Part shown: positions 19,440 through 26,589 of the stretch, one piece after another
Layout: every line of letters begins with the position of its first letter
Numbering within the stretch: position 1 is the first letter of the stretch
Assembly: GCF_000011805.1 (NCBI RefSeq)
Contig: NC_006841.2
DNA from: Aliivibrio fischeri ES114
GTDB lineage: Bacteria > Pseudomonadota > Gammaproteobacteria > Enterobacterales > Vibrionaceae
DNA length: 32,000 nt
Direction: 5' to 3' (one strand)
Position numbers and translations under genes: made by a program
Notes under the pieces: model-generated
What the model was told of the DNA's origin: nothing
The model's database searches: none
The model's input: only the letters and a program-made list of their open reading frames with translations

Positions 19440-20288
19440 TTAGTGATGATTTGGTTCACGAAGATAAATAATCCAGTAACCCATACCAACGAAGATGCCA
19501 CCACCAATAATATTACCAATCGTAACTGGGATAAGGTTATTAATCACAAAATTATGTAATGTTAAATCTGCAAAGTCCAATGCTGAATAACCACTTGCAG
19601 CCCAGAACTCAGGAGAAGCAAAAGTTTTAATGCCAATCGCCATTGGGATTTGGAACATATTCGCAATACAGTGCTCAAAACCTGCTGATACAAACATTGC
19701 TACAGGTAAGATCATAACCAAAATTTTATCTGTTAATGTACGACCAGAAAATGTCATCCATACACCAACACAAACCAATACGTTACACATAAGACCTAAC
19801 GCAATCGCCTGCCAGAAACCATGATGCAACTTATGTTGAGCAATTTTCATTGTGTTGATACCAACGGTACCACCGTCATTCATGTATTGTTTTGCAACTA
19901 ACATGATACCAACAAGTAGCATGGCACCTATAAAGTTACCAACATAAACAACGGCCCAGTTCGCACATAGGTTTTTCCAGCTGATTTTACCACTTGCACG
20001 AGCAACTAAAGTTAACACCGAGCTGGTAAATAGTTCACCACCAGTTACCACAACTAAAATAAGACCAAGACTGAAAGCCAAACCACCAACGAAATGGGAC
20101 ATACCCCATGGCATTGATTCAGCACCAGTTGTTACTGTGGTATAGAAGATAAATGCAATACCGATATGTATGCCTGCAGTAATTGCTAATAAAAAAGATT
20201 TAAATGGATCTTTAGTTGCTTTTGCTACGCCAACTTCAGCAGCGCGTTCAGCCATTTGTGGCGGTAGTAAAGAATCGAATTGGTTCAT
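19440..20288 (-). CDS. focA: Formate channel FocA (formate/nitrite transporter family)
   Basis: Collinear with E. coli FocA as I recall it, from the N-terminal ...LLPPQMAERAAEVGVAKATK to the C-terminal NLIPVTIGNIIGGG...YLRE. Pore residues are in place (ELFTSS Thr, AGFEHCIANM His). ATG 20288 is preferred over the TTG at 20354. Confidence 0.85.
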   Translation of the reverse strand: MNQFDSLLPPQMAERAAEVGVAKATKDPFKSFLLAITAGIHIGIAFIFYTTVTTGAESMPWGMSHFVGGLAFSLGLILVVVTGGELFTSSVLTLVARASGKISWKNLCANWAVVYVGNFIGAMLLVGIMLVAKQYMNDGGTVGINTMKIAQHKLHHGFWQAIALGLMCNVLVCVGVWMTFSGRTLTDKILVMILPVAMFVSAGFEHCIANMFQIPMAIGIKTFASPEFWAASGYSALDFADLTLHNFVINNLIPVTIGNIIGGGIFVGMGYWIIYLREPNHH

Positions 20289-20312
20289 AGTAGAAACATT
20301 TTGATACAAGTG

Positions 20313-20339
20313 AATAGGAGGTCGGATAATCCTCCTATT
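20313..20339 (-). other. Perfect 9-bp stem-loop (SD-like AGGAGG paired with CCTCCT) in the focA leader
   Basis: The minus strand reads AATAGGAGG-ATTATCCGA-CCTCCTATT. It lies 25 nt upstream of ATG 20288, which itself has no SD. No U-tract follows on the minus strand. Confidence 0.4.
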
Positions 20340-20456
20340 TTGTTCGGAATACAAGCAATTTTATTGTTGAAGAGTATTAATTTTAAGATTTGAATAAAGT
20401 ATAAAAAAATATTTATTGAAACTAATAAATAAGCATTGATTAAGTAAAAATAAGAT

Positions 20457-20642
20457 TTAAATTTTGATATCAATACTATCTCTATGACGACGATCTTTAT
20501 TTACTCGACGATCATACAGAACAGGCTTTGAAGGGTATGTGCGTCGCTCTTCTTTTTTTCTAAGTTCAGCTTGGTAGATGCCATCGACATCTACTGTATC
20601 AATAATTTTTTCATCAACATTTGGTAAGGATTTTTTATTCAT
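20457..20642 (-). CDS. Hypothetical small basic protein (61 aa)
   Basis: Strong SD (AAGGAGGGGAT-ATG). It lies 50 nt downstream of tag on the same strand. The C-terminal half is Arg/Lys-rich with repeated DRR (YDRRVNKDRRHRD). I do not recognise a family. Confidence 0.55.
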   Translation of the reverse strand: MNKKSLPNVDEKIIDTVDVDGIYQAELRKKEERRTYPSKPVLYDRRVNKDRRHRDSIDIKI

Positions 20643-20692
20643 ATCCCCTCCTTGGCTCGCCTATCTCACTTAACAAAACATCCAATTGTTAT

Positions 20693-21262
20693 TTATTTGT
20701 TATTTTTAGCATAACAAGGACAATTTACCAAGTGATCATTTACAACCCCTGTTGCTTGTAGAAAGGCATAGCAAATCGTAGATCCTACAAACTTAAAACC
20801 TCTCTTTTTTAAATCTTTACTTAATTTATCTGATAATTCGGTTGTTGCAGGTACATCATTAATCACTTCCCAGTGATTAATGATCGGTTTTTGATCGACA
20901 TAAGACCAAAGGTAATTTGAAAAACTGCCAAATTCTTGTTGTATCTTTATAAAGGCATTCGCATTCGTAATCACCGAATTAATTTTAAGTCGATTACGTA
21001 TAATTCTGGAATCTTGCATTAAAGATTCCACTTTATCTTGATCATATTGAATGATCTTTTGTAAATCAAAACCATCAAATAATAATCGGTAGCCTTCACG
21101 TTTCTTTAAAATCGTCGACCAACTTAAGCCAGCCTGAGCTCCTTCTAAAATTAAATACTCGAATAACTCATGATCAGAATAAACAGGTACCCCCCATTCA
21201 TTATCATGATATTCCCTATCTAAATCAGAAACCTCTGCCCAGTGACATCGCTCTTTTCTCAT
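20693..21262 (-). CDS. tag: DNA-3-methyladenine glycosylase I (Tag)
   Basis: 189 aa. Contains CHWA...YHDNEWGVPV...EGAQAGLSWSTILKKREGYR and the C-terminal zinc ligands (...DHLVNCPCY). Confidence 0.9.
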   Translation of the reverse strand: MRKERCHWAEVSDLDREYHDNEWGVPVYSDHELFEYLILEGAQAGLSWSTILKKREGYRLLFDGFDLQKIIQYDQDKVESLMQDSRIIRNRLKINSVITNANAFIKIQQEFGSFSNYLWSYVDQKPIINHWEVINDVPATTELSDKLSKDLKKRGFKFVGSTICYAFLQATGVVNDHLVNCPCYAKNNK

Positions 21263-21379
21263 TTCCTTACCACCTTTTTTATATACAATTTAACTGAGCT
21301 CACACAACAGATAATGCATGCATATCCAAAATTTAACTTATGTTACCATTCATTAACCAGTTTAATTGAGCCGATATAT

Positions 21380-21820
21380 ATGAAAGCATTCGCAGTTTTG
21401 ATCAAAGCCTTTCTTATCCTATTACTATTGTGTACTGGTTTTTTCTTTACTGAAATAAGCACCTATGTAAAAAGCTATGTAAGCCCCAAAATTCAGCTTG
21501 AAAATACTTGTCATTTATCAACACAAACTTGTCAGCAAGGTGACGTATCCATCACGCTTGAAAAAGATACATTAACGCCGTTACAACCTAGCTCTATTTT
21601 AGTGAACTGGCCTAATCGAAATGCCAAAAACCTCATTATTACTCTACAAGGCTACGATATGGCAATGGGAAACCCGACATTTAAGTTATTACCCAATAAA
21701 GACAAAAGCTACTCTGGCGATATTTTACTTCCTATTTGTACACAAAACACCATGATTTGGATCGGAACCATTAGTGATGGTAACACCTCTATTAATGTTT
21801 CATTAAAGGCAGAACAATGA
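21380..21820 (+). CDS. Membrane-anchored periplasmic protein, FixH/YtkA-like beta-sandwich (tentative)
   Basis: N-terminal signal-anchor (MKAFAVLIKAFLILLLLCTGFFF). The C-terminal pattern GYDMAMG-x-FKLLP-x-YSGDILLPIC-x-WIGTI resembles YtkA/FixH domains. The stop overlaps the SCO1 start (ATGA at 21817-21820). Confidence 0.5.
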   Translation: MKAFAVLIKAFLILLLLCTGFFFTEISTYVKSYVSPKIQLENTCHLSTQTCQQGDVSITLEKDTLTPLQPSSILVNWPNRNAKNLIITLQGYDMAMGNPTFKLLPNKDKSYSGDILLPICTQNTMIWIGTISDGNTSINVSLKAEQ

Positions 21821-22377
21821 AAAAAGTCTTAATTATCACTCTTATTATTTTATCCGGATTTGGGTTAAAGCAGCTCTATTTATCAATAACAGCCAACAGT
21901 ACACAGCTTTATGGTGCACAAAATCAACCAATAAACCTTTTTGACGAAACCGACCATAGAATACGTATTGTTTACTTTGGCTTTACTCGGTGCCCTGATG
22001 TTTGCCCAACATCTTTAGCTATGCTAGCAGGAGCTTTCAACCAAATTAACAAAACAACGTTATCTCAATTTAAACCCGTATTTATCACGTTAGACCCTGA
22101 GCGTGATGATGCTGAGCATGCTGCTGAATATGCCCACTATTTCCATCAATCAATAGAAGGTAGTTCAGGTTCACTTCAAACCATTACACAATTAGCTGAA
22201 CGTTATGGCGTTGTTTTTCATAAAACGGAACTGCCTAATTCAGAATTAAAATACACGATTGACCATTCGTCTTATTTTTACTTTTTAGAACCCAATGGCA
22301 CTTTAATTACCAAAGTGCTGCATACAATAACACCAGCTCCCATAGTGAAAGCAATTAATGAACTTTCACAGCAATAA
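21817..22377 (+). CDS. SCO1/SenC family copper chaperone / thiol-disulfide oxidoreductase
   Basis: Thioredoxin fold with YFGFTRCPDVCP (CxxxC), DPERD, and the conserved His in IDHSSYFYF. It has an N-terminal membrane anchor. Confidence 0.88.
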   Translation: MKKVLIITLIILSGFGLKQLYLSITANSTQLYGAQNQPINLFDETDHRIRIVYFGFTRCPDVCPTSLAMLAGAFNQINKTTLSQFKPVFITLDPERDDAEHAAEYAHYFHQSIEGSSGSLQTITQLAERYGVVFHKTELPNSELKYTIDHSSYFYFLEPNGTLITKVLHTITPAPIVKAINELSQQ

Positions 22378-22402
22378 TGACACTTTAAAAGGAATATTAA
22401 CC

Positions 22403-22849
22403 ATGAAAAAAACATTGCTTGCTCTTAGTGCTCTATTTATTAGTTCGGCTTCTTTTGCACAAAGTGATTTGATCATCGAAAATCCATACGCACGCGCAAC
22501 GCCACCAAATGCAGTAAATAGTGCTATTTTCATGACCATTAAAAATAATGGTGATAAAGACCGTACTTTGGTTTCTGCTACGACATCAGCGGCTAATAAG
22601 GTTGAACTTCACACTGTTGTAAAAAGTGACGGAATGATGAAAATGCGTGAAGTGGACTCCATGACAATAGCAAAAGACTCTGAAACGGTTTTAAAGCCTG
22701 GAGGCCTACATATCATGCTTTTTGAACTAACAGGTCCGCTAAAAGAAGAAGAATTTATTGATGTAAGCCTTAACTTTGCAAATGGTGATAAAGAAGTATT
22801 TAAAGCGCCAGTGAAGAAAGTCATGGCTGGAATGAAGCACAAAATGTAA
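22403..22849 (+). CDS. Periplasmic copper chaperone PCu(A)C (DUF461)
   Basis: Signal peptide MKKTLLALSALFISSASFAQ. Exact H-X10-M-X21-H-X-M Cu(I) motif (HTVVKSDGMMKM ... GGLHIM). The ORF is open from 22358, but ATG 22403 has an AAAGGAA SD. Confidence 0.88.
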   Translation: MKKTLLALSALFISSASFAQSDLIIENPYARATPPNAVNSAIFMTIKNNGDKDRTLVSATTSAANKVELHTVVKSDGMMKMREVDSMTIAKDSETVLKPGGLHIMLFELTGPLKEEEFIDVSLNFANGDKEVFKAPVKKVMAGMKHKM

Positions 22850-22912
22850 TCATGTCTTATTAGTAAGTCAGCATGTCCGATTAGAGATATATGTAATTAA
22901 TTGTACCTGTCA

Positions 22913-22947
22913 AACTGCATCCCATTATCCTCTGATGAGATGCAGTT
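22913..22947 (+). other. Stem-loop ending 3 nt before the eamA start codon
   Basis: AACTGCATC (22913-21) pairs with GATGCAGTT (22939-47), with an inner CAT/ATG pairing. No T-tract follows and no SD is visible outside the stem. Confidence 0.35.
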
Positions 22948-22950
22948 CAC

Positions 22951-23847
22951 ATGTATTATCTTTTACCGCTATTCACCGTACTCATTTGGGGCGGAAATTC
23001 TATCATCAATAAGATGGCAGCTTCTGCTATCGAACCTAGCGCAATGAGCTTTTATCGTTGGGCTTTTGCCATGCTGATTTTAACTCCGTTTTGCTTACCA
23101 TCTGTTATTAAATCTCGTCATGTGATCCGTCCGTATTTAAGCAAATTGGCTTTCTTAGCCTTACTTGGCATGGTATTAAACCAATCTCTTGGTTATTACG
23201 CAGGTTTAACGACTACGGCTTCAAATATGTCGTTAATCACCTCACTAGTGCCATTAATCAGTATCTTTCTTAGTCTTCCGTTATTGGGAAAACGTATTTC
23301 AGCATTAAGTATTGTCGGTGCCGTGATTTCACTTGCGGGCCTAACATTTATGCTTGGTCACGGAGATATGACTTTCTTTTTACATCAACCAATTACAGAA
23401 GGTGATGGCTTGATGGTAATCGCAGCCCTCTCCTATGGTGCGTATTGCGTATTATTAAAGCGCTGGAAAATGCCAATTACTAACTGGCAACTTATTTACA
23501 TGCAAGGTATGTTTGCTGTCGCAATGCTAACACCATTGTGGTTAACAAGTGATAGCCTATTACCAACAGAAAGCTCGATTCCACTCATCATGTACGCGTC
23601 AATTGCTGCTTCTATTTTAGCACCTTGGATGTGGGTAAAAGCAATTGATGTAATTGGTGCAGAATCAAGTGCGATGTTCATGAATTTACTACCAGTAGTT
23701 GCGGTATCGTTAGCTGCAATCCTACTAGGTGAGAAGATTGAAAGTTATCATCTGATGGGCGGAATAATGGTTATCTCTGGTGTTATCTTGGCACAAATTA
23801 AAACCAAGAAAGCCAAACAAGAAGCAAGCGTTCTCGTTAAAGCCTAA
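22951..23847 (+). CDS. DMT superfamily transporter, EamA/RhaT type (10 TM)
   Basis: 298 aa with two EamA-like halves. N-terminus reads LFTVLIWGGNSIINKMA; C-terminal half reads ...LLPVVAVSLAAILLGEKI. Confidence 0.82.
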   Translation: MYYLLPLFTVLIWGGNSIINKMAASAIEPSAMSFYRWAFAMLILTPFCLPSVIKSRHVIRPYLSKLAFLALLGMVLNQSLGYYAGLTTTASNMSLITSLVPLISIFLSLPLLGKRISALSIVGAVISLAGLTFMLGHGDMTFFLHQPITEGDGLMVIAALSYGAYCVLLKRWKMPITNWQLIYMQGMFAVAMLTPLWLTSDSLLPTESSIPLIMYASIAASILAPWMWVKAIDVIGAESSAMFMNLLPVVAVSLAAILLGEKIESYHLMGGIMVISGVILAQIKTKKAKQEASVLVKA

Positions 23848-23874
23848 TTAAAATTTATAGCTTACATACATAAT

Positions 23875-23901
23875 AAAGCCGACTATTAATGTCGGCTTTT
23901 T
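23875..23901. terminator. Bidirectional terminator between the convergent eamA and sigma genes
   Basis: AAAGCCGAC-TATTAAT-GTCGGCTTTTT. Confidence 0.8.
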
Positions 23902-23920
23902 AGTACAAAGAATCAGTCAT

Positions 23921-24466
23921 TTAACAACGGTTACACTTTCCCGTTTTAGATTGATATTCGATTAAATTCCCTTGAACATCTATAGAGAAATCACAACAAT
24001 TCGTAAATAAGTCATGTAATTTTTCACGGCTTTTCTTTACTCTCGATTTTAACGTTGAGTATTTTAATCCATGTTTTTCTGCATACTCTTTTTGAGATAT
24101 GCCTTCGATTTCAATAGCTGATAATAATTTCGCATCTTCATTCGATAGCTGTTCAATAAAAGGCAAAAGACATCGTGAAAGCTCTTTCATTACTTGCTCT
24201 TCATTTTCTTCATCGAACCATAAATCATCTGCTAGTAACTCTGTTCGCCTGTTATTTTGGCGGTAAAAATCAATAATCGTATTATTTGCTATTTGAAATA
24301 TCCATGATTTTACCTTTTTAGTATCCGAGATCGTTTTCAGGTTTTTATGCGTTTTAATCAAGATCTCTTGAAGCAAGTCTTCAACATCTTCAGGATTAGA
24401 CACTTTACTGCGTAAAAACGCTTTTAAACTTAATTGATACTCGGACCAAATCACTTCTAATTTCAT
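23921..24466 (-). CDS. ECF sigma-70 family factor, SigZ-like, with a fused C-terminal 4-Cys tail
   Basis: Region 2 reads DLLQEILIKTHKNL...WIFQIANNTIIDFYRQ. Region 4 reads EIEGISQKEYAEKHGLKYSTLKSRVKKSREKL. The tail is NCCDFSIDVQGNLIEYQSKTGKCNRC, the same layout as B. subtilis SigZ as I recall it. Confidence 0.82.
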   Translation of the reverse strand: MKLEVIWSEYQLSLKAFLRSKVSNPEDVEDLLQEILIKTHKNLKTISDTKKVKSWIFQIANNTIIDFYRQNNRRTELLADDLWFDEENEEQVMKELSRCLLPFIEQLSNEDAKLLSAIEIEGISQKEYAEKHGLKYSTLKSRVKKSREKLHDLFTNCCDFSIDVQGNLIEYQSKTGKCNRC

Positions 24467-24517
24467 ATCAATTACTTACCTTTATACTTTCTAATTTTTT
24501 GGCGGTACAAACAACTT

Positions 24518-24542
24518 AAGGTAACCAATAGTTGGTTACCTT
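24518..24542 (-). other. Perfect 11-bp hairpin between the GST and sigma genes (weak terminator or processing/attenuation site)
   Basis: AAGGTAACCAA-TAG-TTGGTTACCTT. On the minus strand it is followed by AGTTGTTTG, only a weak U-tract. Confidence 0.4.
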
Positions 24543-24576
24543 GATTAAAGTTTACTATTTGTTGCTATGAATACAA

Positions 24577-25287
24577 CTAATTACAGCATGAGCTTGAATC
24601 CGTTGAACAGCGTCCTTCTGCACATTCTGCCTCTGTACCATTCATTACATGAGCTAAATAGGTATTTTTTAAATAAAAGCCACTAAAGGTTGCGACAAAA
24701 TCTTGCGGTACTGTTTTCTCTGCAAGACCAGATTCAATAAGTGAAGCCTGCCATTTTTGAACTTTAGGGAAGCCATCAAGCATATCAAACCCTGATTGAT
24801 CTTTAATGACAGCTGCACGATGTAACAATGGAAGCCAAGCAATATCAACATTTGAGATATAGTCACCTTTAAAAAACAATGAATCACTCAATTTACCTTC
24901 CGCCTTAGCGAACGCTTTAGAAAGATTAGCCAAACGTGTCTCAAAAGTTTCTTTGTCTTTACTTCCCATGGTTCCACATTGCGGCATGTAATGCTTACTC
25001 GCTTGATATGACCATGCACGATCAATTGCTCGCTGTTCTGGTGTAAGATCTTCAATTGGCGCGTATTTATCATCAAGATATTCAACAATAGCATCCGACT
25101 CAAACAACACCGTCTTATCTTCTGTGATCAATACTGGCACTTGACCATTTGGCGCAATATCCAAGAACCACTGTGGTTTATTATTCAATTCAATGTATTC
25201 AATTTCAAACGCCACATTCTTTGTCACTAACGCTCCCATTACACGTTGTACAAATGGGCAATTGTTAAAGCTAATTAATTTAATCAT
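24577..25287 (-). CDS. Glutathione S-transferase family protein, Cys-type (CPF active site), with a C-terminal 4-Cys extension
   Basis: N-terminal thioredoxin-like domain reads MIKLISFNNCPFVQRV...QVPVL...LFESDAIVEYL, followed by a helical GST-C domain. The extra tail is ECAEGRCSTDSSSCCN. ATG 25287 has a TGGAGT SD; the ORF is open to 25383. Confidence 0.78.
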   Translation of the reverse strand: MIKLISFNNCPFVQRVMGALVTKNVAFEIEYIELNNKPQWFLDIAPNGQVPVLITEDKTVLFESDAIVEYLDDKYAPIEDLTPEQRAIDRAWSYQASKHYMPQCGTMGSKDKETFETRLANLSKAFAKAEGKLSDSLFFKGDYISNVDIAWLPLLHRAAVIKDQSGFDMLDGFPKVQKWQASLIESGLAEKTVPQDFVATFSGFYLKNTYLAHVMNGTEAECAEGRCSTDSSSCCN

Positions 25288-25362
25288 GGTGTTACTCCAA
25301 AGTGGTTCGTTATTTGTATTTACATCTATAAGACGAAACCGATTTAGAAAAGACGACATTTT

Positions 25363-25397
25363 AATAAAAAAAATCCCCATCAAAGATGATGAGGATT
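25363..25397 (-). terminator. Rho-independent terminator after the DUF465 gene
   Basis: The minus strand reads AATCCTCATC-(loop)-GATGGGGATT, a 10-bp stem with one mismatch, followed by TTTTTTTTATT. Confidence 0.7.
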
Positions 25398-25423
25398 AGA
25401 TATGATTAAAAACTCTCAATGAA

Positions 25424-25681
25424 CTAATGCATTATTTGCTCATGATGTTCAATTAACTGCTTATGTAATACGTCTTTTAATTCCATACGCTGACGCTTTA
25501 ATGCATGCATACTATCATCGTCAATTGGGCTACCTGATATCTCTAATTGTCGAATGTCATAATCAAGTTGATGATACTGTTGGAGATCAGCTTTAAATTT
25601 AGGATCATCATGATTAAGCTGAACAATATCCAATTTAAGCTCTGGAAAATCTAAGATAAAAGCGTGGTTTTCATTTAGCAT
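25424..25681 (-). CDS. DUF465 (YdcH-like) small coiled-coil protein
   Basis: 85 aa from ATG 25681 (AAGGAAG SD). Pattern F..L...H..LD..I..LE....D...LK..RMELKD is typical of DUF465. The 25-aa N-terminal extension in the ORF track is not supported. Confidence 0.68.
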   Translation of the reverse strand: MLNENHAFILDFPELKLDIVQLNHDDPKFKADLQQYHQLDYDIRQLEISGSPIDDDSMHALKRQRMELKDVLHKQLIEHHEQIMH

Positions 25682-25783
25682 TGGCACTTCCTTTTCTATC
25701 AGATTACCTATCAGTATAGGAGCAATCCACCAAAAGAAATGTGCCGCATCACTCAAAGTTAGTCACGAATCTTCTAGCAGATA

Positions 25784-26578
25784 CTAACCCTCTGCAAGTT
25801 GGTCTTCGTGCTTCGCCACTTTATGTCCATCTTCTGTACAGCCCTCTTTCCAGTAGCTGCTAATATAAAGATCGTCTTTATCGACTTCCTTTTCATTACG
25901 GAAATACGTACGAAGCGCTCTCATGTTGTTAAATTCACACGCACTCCATACAGCAACTCGACCGGCTTTCCACTCTTGTGAGCGAACCGTATCTGTTAAT
26001 CCTTTCTCATCAGATTTAATGACCCATACAAGTTCAATACCTTGCGGTTTCGCTAGATCTTGCTTATCTGACGAATGGTTAATTTCAATAACCGCATAAC
26101 CTATTGCCGTTGTAGGCAGAGCTTCAAGTTTTGCAGATAATGCCGGTAACGCTGTCATATCAGCAACTAAGAAGAACCAATCTGCTTCTGCATTTAATCC
26201 TTTGATACTTCCTGGGCCAGCAATTGAAATCGTATCGCCATTAACGGCATTTTGAGCCCAAGCAGATGCAAAGCCTCCAGTTTCAGACGTCATCGCTGCA
26301 TTCGCATGATGATGGCGAACAAAGTCGACATCCAGCTCATTCTGCTCTTTTCTCAAATTACGCACGGTATAAGTGCGCATCATTGGACGAGTGCCGTCAG
26401 GAATACCAGAAAGATCGGTTCCGCCATTGTCATTAAACAACAGCTTGATGTAACCGCCTTCACTTTCCATATTAAAATCAGACAGGTCTTCAGCTTTAAA
26501 CGTAATACGCTGCATATTAGAAGTAAATTGCACACTCTTTAAGACAGTCAGCACTCGTGGTGAGGGTTTATTACTCAT
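25784..26578 (-). CDS. Siderophore-interacting protein (ViuB/YqjH-type ferric-siderophore reductase)
   Basis: FAD-binding_9 style N-domain with the RTYTVRN motif, plus a C-terminal SIP domain (...VWSACEFNNMRALRTYF). It lies 11 nt downstream of the ABC ATPase gene. Confidence 0.83.
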   Translation of the reverse strand: MSNKPSPRVLTVLKSVQFTSNMQRITFKAEDLSDFNMESEGGYIKLLFNDNGGTDLSGIPDGTRPMMRTYTVRNLRKEQNELDVDFVRHHHANAAMTSETGGFASAWAQNAVNGDTISIAGPGSIKGLNAEADWFFLVADMTALPALSAKLEALPTTAIGYAVIEINHSSDKQDLAKPQGIELVWVIKSDEKGLTDTVRSQEWKAGRVAVWSACEFNNMRALRTYFRNEKEVDKDDLYISSYWKEGCTEDGHKVAKHEDQLAEG

Positions 26579-26589
26579 AACTTAATCCT

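Noticed and set aside
18878-19824. 83-aa ORF antisense to the DUF368 gene and 64-aa ORF antisense to focA.
   Set aside because: Shadow ORFs within well-supported membrane protein genes.
20285-20473. 62-aa minus-strand ORF spanning the focA leader.
   Set aside because: It runs through an extremely AT-rich promoter-like region and yields Ile/Leu/Phe/Asn/Lys-rich text. It overlaps both the focA start and the sORF stop, and has no SD.
22609-23681. 77-aa and 61-aa minus-strand ORFs inside the PCuAC and eamA genes.
   Set aside because: Antisense shadow ORFs.
24669-25399. 72-aa and 71-aa alternative-frame ORFs inside the GST gene, and a 68-aa plus-strand ORF across its 5' end.
   Set aside because: The GST frame carries the thioredoxin-fold and GST-C motifs. 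The alternatives have no signals.
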